From Raillietiella orientalis (lineage: Eukaryota), in assembly GCA_036172245.1 (NCBI GenBank), contig JAYWIR010000012.1:3720001-3784000 (forward strand): DNA of 64,000 nucleotides. Direction: 5' to 3'. Under the pieces are notes generated by a model. It did no database searches. It saw only the letters and a list, made by a program, of their open reading frames with translations, and was not told the DNA's origin. This document shows, in pieces, positions 38,851-51,200 of the stretch. Numbering within the stretch: position 1 is the first letter of the stretch; each line of letters begins with the position of its first letter. The translations under genes and the position numbers were made by a program.

Positions 38851-39949
38851 CCCTCCCCATGCACCGCGCGCGCAAGGGAGCTCGTTGCGAAACTCGAGCT
38901 TCGGCCGATGACGACGAGGTGCGGGTCGCTCTGGCGCGGACGGGCGCGCCCCCGATCACCACCACCAAAAACGGTCCGCAGATTTCACATCGTCGAATTC
39001 TTCAAGGGAACGCTTTCTCCGGATTGGGAAATACTCTCTGCGTCCGTCGCCCCCATGTGCATCTTCCATCTGTTGAAACGGATTCATTACGGATGTAGGT
39101 TAGCTGTACGGAACCCTCAAGTACAGCTGCCAGTCAGTCGTGGCGCTCTATCTGTAACCCGGATCTGAGTTCTTAGAAAATGCTGGGATGCTGCAATTCC
39201 GAAATACCGTAATCCACATGCAGCCGTGGTTCCTAAATTAGGCGAGGCAAATCCCCAAAGACTCCCAAACGTTGATGCTGAGGTTCCTTCCTTTTGATGT
39301 AGAGGCGACACGTCGTGCCTTGTCGAGCTCCTCGTCCTGCAGGTTTTCGACGGACGAAAGAGGGGGAGGTTCCAAGAAGAACTGGGAAGGTTTTCGTCAG
39401 GGAAAAAAGCTTTCTTTCGTTTCCCTCCCCTCCAGCAGTGCTGTGCTTCCGGCCTTGAAATCGCATTCTTCTTCGGGACTGTCAAGGGAAAAAAGGGGGA
39501 AAAAAAGTGCAAACGACACCCACGGGGAGAGAGGGAGAGGTGGAGACCATTCCTATGGCTTCGACGCGAGGGGAATCCCCTCCCCCTCCCTCCCCAACAC
39601 GGTCGTTGTTCCACCACGCCACTCTCATCGTCAGCTGAAAAATCTCGTCGTCGTGGGGGCCGCCCGCCGGATCGCTGCGTGCCGACGAAGTGTTTCGTCA
39701 TCGGCGAACGGGAAGTATCCAGAGAGCTGAAGTTTCCAAAGTCTCGCTTCCTGGTTGAAGCGCTGGCGTCTCCAGTTGCGAGCGAGTCTTTCTGCCCCCT
39801 CCCTCCCACCTGTGCGGCCATTTTCCGGGGGAACCTAATGAAATAAAAGGCACTCGACACTCCGGCACGCTGACGATGCGCTTCGGAGCTGGCGCCACCG
39901 TTCACCAACCCGCCTATCCATTCAGGGCAGTCAGGGCTCTCGTGCCGAA

Positions 39950-40740
39950 CCCGAAGGAATTTAACGTACCGCTTCCGCGGTGAATGGAACCGCTGCGCCG
40001 CCGCTATGCGCATTCATCCGGGGTCCTCGTGGGGGCGAGGAATCCGAAGGTTGCCTTTGGCTTATCCGGCGCACGTAAAAGAGGACTGCAGCAGCCAGAT
40101 ATACGAGACAAATGTCTGCGTGGGATCGGGAGGGGGGGAGGGAAGGGCGCGGTCACGGGATGCCCGCGCCTCTTGAGCAGGATGGAACGGTTGCAGTGCA
40201 GTGTGGCCAACGCGGAGCGAGCTGCGTCCATCGTTGGGCGAATCTTGCCTGCCTCCGGAACACGTCGAGTGCGAGCGTTCGGTCGTGCTGATTTGCATCG
40301 GGACGGCCCGGAGGCGACCGCGGTGACTTTTGCGGTGGCCCCTCTCCCGCCAGGGGAGGGGGGAATCAGGGCTTCGCCCCCTGGTCGAAATAAATCTCAC
40401 CGATAGAATAAACTGGTGGTTGATGGGATCGTTCCACGCGTGCCGGGAATTGTCGCGGATTGCGCAACGAGAGTGGTCGCGCGCGTCCCCCGTCCGGGAC
40501 GCACTCGGGAGTCCGTTTCGAGCGTTTCCCAATCGCATTCAAAACAGCACTCAACCATCCCGCGATTGACGAAAATATTTGGGATGCAGGGGATCGACCG
40601 AACCGCCCGAATTGTGCAACAGCGAATCTGCATAAACTGTGGCACTCTGTTTACCAGCGGGCGTCGGATGGATGGATCATCCAGCGCGAACCGGGAAGAT
40701 CCGATATCCGTGTGATGGGGAAGGTTTGCGTGCGGTAGAG
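39950..40740 (+). mobile_element. Decayed Tc1-like transposase
   Basis: GLRPLVEIN (G.GPLV.I.G), ESGRARP (QDNARPH), ALNHPAIDENIWD (PDLNPIEN.WD), ANLHKLW (N..EL), in Tc1 order. Confidence 0.55.
40179..40316 (+). repeat. 138-bp exact direct repeat, copy 1
   Basis: Identical by manual comparison to 43212-43349 (aggatggaacgg...cccggaggcg). Confidence 0.95.
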
Positions 40741-41309
40741 CGGTTGGTTGGTTGGGTCCGCAGCGACAAGCGGCAGCGGGAAGAGTAGTTGGCGGTGATA
40801 TCGGGAGTGCGGGCTTCTCCTTGCGGATGTTTCGGGAGGAGAAGTCCTGCAAGAAGTTCGCGTTCCGTCGGTTATCAGGAAGAGGGCGCAAGAGTGTGCG
40901 CCGCCGAGCGAAAACGAACTCTCGGGAGGGAAAAGCGGTGCGAGAGGGGGGGAGGGATTGCGCGTCCGAAACCAAATCCTCCGCTGGAGCTGCTCCGCGG
41001 AGAATTCGGGCCGCCCGGGAGGGTGCAGCCAGATCCCGTGCCGGGCTCGCACCGGAAGGTGTGATGACGCGGACCAACCAACCAACCCGTTTTCAAGGGA
41101 ACCGAGCAGCGCCCTCTCCTCGTCGGCGGAAAGCAGAGGTGTGAAAGACGACAGCGCGCCGTCCCGTGGATTCCAGTGCCGTGCCCTCAGCTTGCCCTTG
41201 GAACCGCGAGCACTCACCCTGGGTGCGCTTTGGAGTCCCCTCGTCATGGACAGAGGAATCCCGGGGGGGAGTGCACAAAGAAGTCCAACAGCTCGGATCG
41301 GCGTGAGCT

Positions 41310-42200
41310 GCCCGCGATGCTGGCTGCGGTCTCCGCGCTACGTGGCACCGAGCGTTGCGCGTTCGAATCCCGCCCGAGGAAGAGAGGTCGGCGCCGCAAA
41401 GTGAGGGGTGCGCCGTGGGTTCCCCCTCCCCCCCGCAAGATGACTCTGATGGGCCTATTCGAGTGCGGCCTTACTGGTTGCCACCCGGTCACGCCGGGGC
41501 GTTTATTTCTAAACCTGCATGTCTGTGGCAGGACGTTTGATCCTGCCACGTTACGTATGAATACGAAAGGAACCTTCCGGGATCTGGCACGCAGGCCAGG
41601 AGGGTGCGCCTCGGCAGCACGAGGGAAGGGAAGACAAACAAAAAGAGAAAAACAAACCAAAAAAAAACTGCAGTCAAAAAGGATGAAGGGAAGGGGGGGA
41701 GGGTAAGGCCGCACTGGTGGGACTCGGAAACCTCCTTTGACTGGCCTGGGTCGCAAGTTGACCCTCCGGGGTCCTTCCAGGGATCACGAAGCGGATTCCC
41801 TTCGGAACTCCTTCCCCCCCTCCGGTTAGGAAAACCATGGAGCTGGTTGGTCTCCCCCTCAGGGGTTGCCTCTCCAGAGCATCAGAAGTGCGCTGCGGAG
41901 AAATCGGGAAGCGACCCTCCGGGGAATTCTTTAGAGAGCGGTTCTTTTCCGGGAGGGGCCTTCCGAAGAAGAAATTTCAGGAGCTAGTCCTTCCCGGGTT
42001 CCCTTCGGGGACAACCAGAGTGGAAGGTTCTCTCCCCCAAGCGTGAGAGGAAGGGACTCTTTCCTCCGGAGCCTTCCTGGATGCATAGGGTGGTTCCCTC
42101 CTAGGTTGTCCCCTAGCTTGAAGGGTTGACACGCACCCTCGGACAGCGTTGAAGAGCTTTTGTGAGCCTCCAGGCTGACTGTTCTCGAGTACTTGAACCG
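41310..42200 (+). mobile_element. tRNA-derived SINE-like element, copy A (carries an insertion of about 235 bp)
   Basis: B-box gttcgaatcc at 41361-41370. Long shared blocks with 47190-47940, for example gaccctccggggtccttccagggatcacgaagc and ggaaaaccatggagctggttggt. Confidence 0.8.
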
Positions 42201-43211
42201 TGAGCGGAAAGGGAACCAGGAATTCGGGGACTGTAGGGTTCGGCCGGTCGAGTCCTCGGAAATACTGAGGAAACGCACACACACAAAAAAGGGAAATGAA
42301 GAGGGGGGGGAGGAGGAGGAGGAGCAGCAGATCCATTTGTTCGAGGTGCTTTCTCTCGAGCGTTGTCCTCGTCGCCGTCGCTTTCGCAAGATTGCTGAGT
42401 GCACCACTGCGCGGCGGTGGCCCCCCAAAAGCTGCAACACGGGACGAGCGATGTGAGAGAGAATTTTCGTGTGTGTTTCGCCTCGAAAAGTGCACCGGTT
42501 TTCGGGAGGAGTCGAAGATGCGCGCGCCAATCGAGGGGGGGGGGGACGAAGGAAGGAGGGGGGGGGGGGCTTACGGGCGCAGCTGCGCCTCGCCGCTAGT
42601 CTCGGGAGCCTCTTGCGGTCTGCCCAGCCCGGCGCGCATTCGCCGCCGCCGGTTGCAACACCCGAACGTTTCAACATGCCTCGGATGCGCGCTACATGGG
42701 AAGAGCGAGTCGCAGCAGCACCAAGTGAAGGGAGTCACGTGGCTCCCGATGAACTATCTTCCGTCATAAATCTGCCACAGGATATCGGCACATCCTTGAC
42801 AGGATTTTTATTAGGAACGGCGAAATCCGTTCCTGGGGAACAAGATGGAAGGCACGGAAGCTGGGGGGAAAAATATTTTGAATCTGCATGCGAAGCGGAG
42901 TGAGCAGGACTCCTCCATCAGGCGGGAAGAATGCACCTTGCACCTCGGAAACGTGAATTATGGGAGTGTACAGCAGGTCCCCAAAATAAATAGGAAGATG
43001 ACGCGCGAATTAAAATCCAGGAGTGATGTGGGTTGGTTCGCTCGTCGTAAACAGCTTTCACAGAAGACTCAGTCGACACCATTGCGGGGAAAACGCACTG
43101 CTTTCCCCCTGCATACGTAGCACATGCAGATCGGGTGGGAATTCGGGGTAACCATGGAAGACCCGAGACCTCCCGTAAGCACGTATCACGTGACTCCAGA
43201 TCGGCGAAGCG

Positions 43212-43349
43212 AGGATGGAACGGTTGCAGTGCAGTGTGGCCAACGCGGAGCGAGCTGCGTCCATCGTTGGGCGAATCTTGCCTGCCTCCGGAACACGTCG
43301 AGTGCGAGCGTTCGGTCGTGCTGATTTGCATCGGGACGGCCCGGAGGCG
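43212..43349 (+). repeat. 138-bp exact direct repeat, copy 2
   Basis: Identical to 40179-40316; the flanks are unrelated. Confidence 0.95.
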
Positions 43350-45499
43350 GAGGCGGTAACCCCTCTTTCGCAGGGACCCCGACTGACCTTCCAAGAACTC
43401 GCTGTCCGACCTGTGTCGCGGTGCGAGAGGAAAAGAAAAAAAAAAGGTGGAGCGCACGCTTTGCTGCTGCCGCCTCCTCGCGGAGGCTCCCTGCGTGGTT
43501 GTCAGGGCGCGCGCGCACGCGCGCGGGGGGGTTTAGCCAGATTCGCAAAGGCATGACACACACACACACAAAGACCTCGGTTGTCCTGTTTTAAGATGGC
43601 CGCTCCGCTTTTTGGATGTCGTGTTTCTGGTACTGCTGAGCGGATGACGATAGGTCCTGCCTGTTCCGAGGATCTGAGCGGCTGTAGTGCACGTATCTCT
43701 CCCCTTCTGGCTCGCACGCGGTTTTGTGTGTTTCGACGGCTTCGCACGAAACCAAATACAACGAGCTCCGCCCGTGGTGCACGTAGGTGTTGGCTCTCCC
43801 AGCTCTCCGGCTCGAGTCCGAAAGTGACGGCAGAACTCATCCCGAGACCCTCGTTGCATTTGCTCTGATACCGATGTTTCGTCCGGGAAAGGAACGATCG
43901 CTTCCGGCGGATGGACGCGAATTTCCTCACGTGCAACAAAAGCGTGTGTGTTTCTTCCCATCCCCTTTCTGCTCTCCCCACAAAGACGGGAAAATGGAGC
44001 TCCTAGAGACGTGGTTGCCCGGGACCGAAACGTTGTACGTGATCACTCGCACGCAGTGGATTCGTGTATTCAGCGTTAGTTAACGTGGACACTTTGCACA
44101 AGGCAGATAGGATGGAAATTCCCTGCCTTTCCTGTTCCTGATAGGAAGCAAACTCCGTTCATCACCATTCTGTCGAGAGCGGACAGACACGTGACGTTCG
44201 GCGCGCGCGTGTCCTATGCAAAAGAGTTTTTACGTGCGCCCAGCTTCCGCGTTTTTGCGCGTCGTTGCTTTCCATTCTTCTCGCTGGTTGCCACGGTGTA
44301 TCGATGAAATTTATTCATTCGGGGTACTTTCAAAGCAAAACACACACACACACACACTAAAACAGCAGCGCCAGCAGCGGAAAGTGAAACCTGGCACCTT
44401 GATCGAACGAATGCAAGGAACAACAGTCAGACACGGTGGCCGTGGGCAGTCGGGGCACACCAAGGAACAAGGGGAGGAAAAGCAAGGGAGGTTCTGATGA
44501 GGAGAATTGCGAGAATCTCCCGGTGGAGGCCTCCTTGCTGCTTCCATGTTTGTCCGTCTTGCAAACCAGCAGGAACACAGCGCCAGGGTGTGAGCGGGAC
44601 TAGCCCGTCGCTTGGGGTCTCCGAAATGACCGTGCACGGGGGAAGAGGAAGTTTCCTCGTGGTGTGTGTATTTGCAACCCAAGCGAGGGGAGGGTGAGAG
44701 GCAGGTGAACGGTGCGCAGCCAGCGGCGTTGTCCTCCCGTTCGCTCTGGTTCCACGGTCTGTGGCTGCCCGTCGAAGGCGAGAGAGACAGGAGAGAGGGA
44801 GGGGAGAGGGGCTACCCACCTGACCCTCAGTGACCTTTGGCGCGGTTGCCCGGCTCTCGATGGCACCGCGAATTTTCCGGGGAAATTTCTCGACAGAGTA
44901 TAAGATCGAAGCCGCTAATGGGATTAGAAGCCTTCTTTTAACAGGCAGGATCTCCCGCTTTGGTCTCTTCTTACTCGATGTGAATCCGATGAGGAACTCG
45001 CCACATTTATCACGTGGCGGAACGGACCGGCCGTGTTCTTAATTTCCCCCTGTAGCAGTAAACATCTCGAGTACGTTTCGCCTTGGCATCAACCACACAC
45101 TCGTTCGTTATCGATTTATTGATTTTTGATACACTCGGCATTTTGGCTTGTTTATTGCACCTCGGAACCGACTTTCTGTGGATCTCCCGAAGAGCGGCTT
45201 ACGCAAGTTGCTTTTCCCTCTTCCCCCTCCCTTCCTTCCTGTTTTCAGTTCGGAGAGTTTCTTTTCCTTTTTTTTTTTTTTTTTTTTTTTTTTTCAGGGT
45301 CAGTTGCTGTGCCAGCTTTATTTTTGTGTCGCTTTGATTCTGCGGCCGCTCGCAACGTGTCGGGCGCCGGCCGCCTTTGTGTGGCGACTCCGTCGTGTTT
45401 TCTTTTGTCTCCTCAGTGTTTCGCTGACGGCCGCGAAGTGTGCCTCAGAGTCTCTGCCCCTGCACTTTCTTCTCGGATCATTCCTTGAACTGATCTTCG

Positions 45500-46620
45500 G
45501 CTCAAGCCCACGGCCAGGAATTGTTTTTTTTTTTTTTTCCTCGTCTTCCTCTTCTTTCTTTGGCACCACTGGTCTGGTTATCTTTTCTCGTATCCTCCTC
45601 CCGAAAGACGCTCCGGTGTGCGATTTGCCTTCGATGTTTCAAATTTATGTCGGTGTCTATGGCTGTTATGTTTGTGCCATCGTGTCGAGCGGCGGACCCG
45701 GGGAAAAAGTCGTATACATCGCGCAACTTTTTGTCTGCGGTGTTGCACACTGCGTGTCTGCTTCCCTTCGTACGGCGCGCCATCTGCGAGCGTACACCTC
45801 GTACAGTGTTCCCTACGCGTGCTTGTTGCCTCGATTTCTCGGTGGCCAGGCCGTTGCAAGATGCCAACGTGAGCTGGCGTTCTTTCCAGGCAGACCGCCT
45901 GTTTGCCAAGGCACTTTCGAACGTCAATAGCGCCAAAGACCGCCCGCTCTAATTGCGGAGTACTGTATCCGTCCTTCATACTTCCCAAAGGATGCTGCCG
46001 TTCGTGAGAGGGAACTTTGAACCCCGAACGTTTTGCTCGTTTGATGGCACCAGCGCCCGCCAAAGTTGGCGATCCGCTTACTTCCTTGTTCCCTGGGAAC
46101 CCGCAGGTTGTTTGACTTTTGCTCTTCTGTCTTTCTCCCTTTAATTTTGGCCTTTTATATCTCGTGTGGGTCTGCTACGCTTTCCACTGCCCTCTCAGGA
46201 TTTGCAGATTGTTTTATAATTCCCTTGGAAATCCAAGTGGAGCGCTGTTCGGTGCTGTTTTCGAATGCGTCTCCGTTCGTCTGGTTCCAAATGGACCTGC
46301 AAAACGCGGACTTCCTCTCGTACCTTCCTGCGTCCTTCATAAAGCGCACTTGCTTCACTCGTCCACTTATTTCCAACGCAAGGAAACGGTCCCGGCTCCG
46401 TACCGTGGGCCCGGCCGCCCTTCTTCTTCCTAATTACGTTCCTAATGATGCGATCGGAAACTGCTGCTCTCTTTGGGAGCACCCAGTGTTATGCATGGTG
46501 CTGGCTGAAATTCCACCGCGAAAAAACCACCAGGCGCACGATTTCATCCCACCGGAGTTTCCGTTCAGTTCCCTCCATGTTTCCTGCGAGGCTTTCCCTG
46601 TCGTTTGCAGCAGCAGCAGC
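45500..46620 (-). mobile_element. Decayed hAT transposase (ZMYM1/THAP12-like clade)
   Basis: Minus strand: TWISKGIIKQ (Y.S..IQNE), SCNGLATEKSRQQARV (YDGA..MSG...GV), LRDVYDFFPGSAARH (..LY.FF..S..R), NLKH (LK....TRW). Confidence 0.5.
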
Positions 46621-46800
46621 ATCGGGTGATGCGAAACTCGTGCTGGAAGAGAGCACTCAGCTTATGAACCACGCAAACAGCCCAATCACACAAACTGCGT
46701 GCGTTTTTTCCGCGGCAGCGGGGCGTCAGTTTTGAAGGCTTACGTACCATCTCACCGTGTCTAAAGTGACCGGGGTCACAGATATATACGTACAATATGG

Positions 46801-46805
46801 GTGTG

Positions 46806-46836
<31 letters not shown>

Positions 46837-46845
46837 GGGTGGGTG
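46801..46845 (+). repeat. (GT)n followed by (GGGT)6
   Basis: A gtgt tract followed by six GGGT units at 46821-46844. Confidence 0.9.
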
Positions 46846-47175
46846 TAATCAAGATTGACTTTCTGTTTGTGTCATGGTCGTCTGTTTCGTCGTTCCACTG
46901 TCACGGTGTCATTCAAACCGGAAAAGTCCTTTCTGGATGCGAGCCTTTCGAATTACGAGTTGCAATTCTTTTTTGATTTTATTTTATGGAAGTGTTCCCC
47001 TATTTTCCTTTCTTTTCGCACTCAGACTGAACAAGAAGTGCACCTGAGAATCCCAATCGGTCAGTAACGGAGCAGAGAATGTTTGAATCGCGTGCTGCTT
47101 CGCCGCTTGCCCACCACGTACCATTTTTCCTTGCTTTACGATCCCACCGTCTTTCTTGCCTGCGCCCTGCACGTT

Positions 47176-47950
47176 GGCATCGGCGGCCGAGTGGCTGCGG
47201 CCTCCGCGTCACGCGACACCGAGCGTTGCGGGTTCGAATCCTGCCCGAGGAAAGGGGGTCGGTACCGCAAAATGAGGGGTGCGCCTTGGGGTTTTCCCCT
47301 CCCCCCCGCAAGATGACACTGATTGGCTTATTCGGGTGCGTCCGCACTGGTGGGACCCGGAAACCCCCTTTGACTGGCCTGGACCCTCCGGGGTCCTTCC
47401 AGGGATCACGAAGCCGATTCCCGTCGGAACTCCTTCCCCCCCTCCGGTTGGGAAAACCATGGAGCTGGTTGGTGTCCCCCTCGGGGGTTGCTTCTCCAGA
47501 GCATCAGAAGCGCGCTGCTCCCTTCAGGGAGCGCCCTCCGGAGAAATCGGGAAGCGTCCCTCCGGGATTTTCTTTAGAGGAGGAGGGAACAAGGAGCGGA
47601 TCTTTTCCAGGTTTCCTTCCGGGGTTTCCTTCGTTGAGGAAATGAGGAGCGGCTCTTCCCCTCCGGGGGATGCCTCCGGAGAGAACAAGAGGGTGGTCCC
47701 TTCGGAGTTCTCTTCGGAGACAGTCAGGGCGAGGGTTCCTTACGGGGTTCACTCCGAAGCGTGAGAGGAACGAACGCCTTGCCCGGGAACCTTCTTGGAT
47801 TCATAGGGTGGTCCCTCCGCGGTAACCCCTTATAACTTGGAGGCTTGACACGCACCCCCGGCTGGCGTGGGCAGCATTGAGCAGCTTCGTGAGCTCCCCC
47901 CGAGGAGACGAACGGTTCCTCACCACTCCTTGGGAACCAAAAAAAAAAAG
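47176..47950 (+). mobile_element. tRNA-derived SINE-like element, copy B (most intact)
   Basis: Pol III A-box cggccgagtgg (47184-47194), B-box ggttcgaatcc (47231-47241), a body of about 700 bp shared with two other copies, and an A-rich tail from 47939. Confidence 0.85.
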
Positions 47951-48742
47951 AAAACCCGAAAGAAAAAGAAGAAAAAAGCTAAAATGAAAACAGCGAAATG
48001 GAGGACGATGGAGGATTTCCATCATCTTTTGGGGTTCTTCTGCCAGAAGGCCTGGTTCAGTCAGCGGACCACGGTTTTCGAGGAGAACCTTTCCGACCTT
48101 GATTTCCGTGTTCTTGACCCCTCGCACCGATCGCGCGCCCGGCTGCCGCTGCCGCCGTTCGGAGCGCGGGCTCTCCCGGTCGTGCCGCGCGACCCCTCTC
48201 GCAACTCGCGCGCAGTACTCCCGCGCGAGTGGGAAAGCACATTACCAGGAAACGCACTATGTCGGTAACTGCAGGCGGCCTGCAGCAATCAGTCGCTCCC
48301 GTTCGCCAGCGGCTAACAGCTCGCGAAATGGTCCCTCTTTCTCCGAAGAACCCCGTCTGGATCCGTTTCTCACCTTCTGCCGTCCGCTCCCGGGGACATT
48401 TTCGCTAGCACCGGTCCACCTGCCATAACTCTTGGGATCGGCTGCTCGGAAACGCGAGCGCCTCGCTTTCGTTGATGACGACGACGATGATGATGTTCCC
48501 AGACATCCCTCGCTTTGTATTTCGTCCACGTTCCGCCATCCCAGCCGTGTTTAACTACCGTGCGCAGCAGTTTCCTCGCTTTCCCCTAATTAAATCGGTG
48601 CTCGAAATTGGTACCCTTAGAATTTCCGAATGCCCAGGAATCCCGAAGACCTCTCGAGCCTTGCAGCGAGGCGAGCGAGTCCCCCTCCTCCCCTCCTTTC
48701 CCAAATGCTAATGCAACTTACAAGTCATTTTGTTGCTTTCAG

Positions 48743-49359
48743 TGATGGAATGCGAAATGGAACAGAAAAAGAGCTCTTGTTTTCGAAAAAGCACTGATTC
48801 CCTTCAAAAGCCGTCTGCTGCAAGCAAAAAAGACATGTTGTGGGAAAACAATCCTGTGACTCCAAGTAAGAAGGCCGCTCCCTGTGTTGCGATGGAGTTC
48901 CCCGAAGTAGTAATAGATGCGAGTTTCGCTGGCGACAGCAGCTATAACAATTTAGACCCCCACAGTTCAGAGGAAGAATTAGAGACGATTAATAGCAATT
49001 CCAAGGAGTATTTGCGAGATCCCTGCCCCGAGAAAAGGAAATGGTCCTTCGTGAACGGGATGTGTTACGGAGAAAGTAACGAGAGTTCGGACGAAGACAC
49101 CGCTGAAGGCATAACCGCTCCCGTGGAATTTCGTGCTTCTCCTCCTGCCAATGCTCACAAGCCCCACTCCGATCTGGGCTTTGCGCCGCGAAGAAGATCG
49201 CCTCCCGCAAAAGTCATACACTTGTCTCCTCACGTCAATAGCCAGATGCACCTGGCGAACCCAAAGCCATTCGAAATCTGCACCACGTCCCTGTTCCCAC
49301 CAAAGAGGCACAGATCGAAGGCGATACAGAGACCTTTTTTGGATCTCGAGAAAATGCAG
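48743..49359 (+). CDS. Coding exon of an uncharacterised protein with a FAM53-like RPxLDxxKM motif
   Basis: Branch-like ctaat near 48708 and acceptor ttttgttgctttcag ending at 48742. ATG at 48745, 205 open codons of natural-looking composition, donor CAG|GTTAGT at 49359/49360 (phase 0). Motifs SSEEELETIN, EKRKWS, SSDED, PVEFRASPP, PPKRHR, RPFLDLEKMQ. Other exons were not located. Confidence 0.85.
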
Positions 49360-50479
49360 GTTAGTCTTCCCGTCTGTTTGGAACGTGGACCGTCGCAGAG
49401 AACCCCCCCGCGAGTGTGACGCGTGCCGGCCCGCCTCCGTCGTGTGTGCTCGACGGTCAGCTGCGTTGTGTTGACGTCGGTTCTCGTCACGTGCTCTTCT
49501 CCGCGTGCTGTCACGCTTTCGATCGCAACGAGATCGCGCGCGCGGGAACTGCGTGCCATCCGCATCTCGCAGAACCGTGGTGTTTTGTCGTGAGTGCCGT
49601 TCTTTCATCGGTTCGGAGGTTGTTGCCCTGCTGTGTCGCGCGTCTGTTTTGCGTGCCTTTCAGGGTCCGGTTACGTCGCGCTGTGGTTACGCTGCTCCTA
49701 CCGCCGCACCCCCCCCCCCCCCCCCCCCTCATCCCTAACCGTGTTCGCTCCGCGGCGCATTGGTGCTTCTTTCATTTGGCCGTCCTCGCCCTGGCGTGCT
49801 ATCGCACGAAGCTTCGAAGCGGCAGCCGAAGGCGCAGCAGTCGTGCATCGCGCAAACCAGAAACTGCCGCCCTTCGCCTCGGAAGGATATCTTTCCGGCG
49901 CCTCTATCCGGAGATCTTTCTTTGTTTTGTCTTTTGGATTGCAAGAGTTTTTTCCCCCCCTTCTTCCCCGGAAGGTCACTTTCTTTCCAACGCTTTTTTC
50001 GTCGCCGTTGCTGCTGCTGCTGCTGCTTCTGTATTTGGTTTTCCGCCCGCAGCCAGGGCCCGATGTTTTGCTTGGGTTCTCTTGTCACAGCACCGCGAAT
50101 TTCTGGGAACGTTTGTTACGGAGTTTGTTGCAGAGTGCCACAGGGATGTGTGGCAGCGTCCGCAACCGTGGTGCGCTTCGCAGCATCGCGTTATGGAAAT
50201 GCTGTGAACCTCTCTCTGTGCGTTTGTTTGTGTGATAAAAGTGCATGCACGGTGGATGTGTTTTGTTACGGTTGTTGTCAGGGTGGTCTCCTCTCCGCGG
50301 GGTGAGGCAATTGCGCAGCATCTCCGTTCGTTTCCAGCCGTGCCGACAACGTCGCGTTACGGGCAAAAAGGCGGAGGCGCGTCCGACGCATTGGACCGGA
50401 TGCGGACGATTCGTTCAACCTGCGGCCTGTCGTGGTTTCAGTGGATTTTCGGCTCGCGTCTGCCAAGAGTGCGATGCAG

Positions 50480-51200
50480 ATGTACCGCGCGGGACGGCAC
50501 TTTTCACAACTCGCTTTTTATTGCTTCTGCATGTGGGTTGTTGGCTTTTGTTTTGCTGTCCCTGTGCATCGGAACGATGTCGCGACCTTTCCTTCCCTCC
50601 CTCCCTCCCTCCCTCCTTCTCGTTCTCCTTCTCCTCGAGCCAGCCACGCTAGCGGAGGGGGCGCCTTCCTCATTCTGCTCTTGTACGCTCGAGGGCTGAC
50701 GGGGGGGGGGTCTGCTGACTCGGACGTGCGAGGTGCTACTCAAGAGCATGTATGCTGCTGCCGCCTTGCTGAAGGATGTCCATCGCGTTACAGTTGCTGT
50801 CGTTGCATGTCTTCGCCGTCCTGCTGCTGCTGCGATGGTCGGAAAGGCGCACCCCGCACTCATGGGTGTTCCCGTCGACGATCTTCCGCGAAGCGCTCCT
50901 TTTGTGCCCTCGTTCGAGTACCCGGTCGGAATTCGGCCGCGATGTGAACGCATGCCTTCGCTCTTGCTGCGCGCGTTTCGCGTGCCAGAATTTCGGAGGG
51001 CGTCGTCCCGTCCTTCCACTTGGGTGCGTGCGTGGTGGCGAGATCGGGTTGCCTTTCCCTGACAAACCGGCGGTTCACGCGCCTGTCGATTCCGGCCGGC
51101 ACCGGAGGAGGAAGATTCGTTCCCGTTTTCGATGAGTGCGCGCGGACTGGGGGGAGCCGTCGTCCTCGACCCGTGCACCGTCGGATGTGCCAACCGTTTC
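50480..51200 (-). mobile_element. Decayed Tigger/pogo-like transposase
   Basis: ORF 50736-51065: GKGNPISPPR (GK...PR), PKFWHAKRA (P..Y.AN.KAW), RKIVDGNTH (RK.LL..DN...H), SNCNAMDILQQGGSSIHALE (PN.TS..QP.DQG.I..LK), then EAIKSEL*KV (DAI...AW..V). Confidence 0.45.

Noticed and set aside
43581..43868. THAP-domain-like start (aagatggc..., GCRVSG, RFCVF)
   Set aside because: The conserved C, W and H residues of THAP are not present in register.
44494..44525. CTGATGA followed by a ggaga/tctcc stem, resembling a hammerhead ribozyme core
   Set aside because: The required GAAA after stem II is missing.
47176..47250. Bona fide tRNA gene
   Set aside because: A and B boxes are present but there is no convincing acceptor stem or T-run terminator, and it continues into a repeated body; interpreted as a SINE head.
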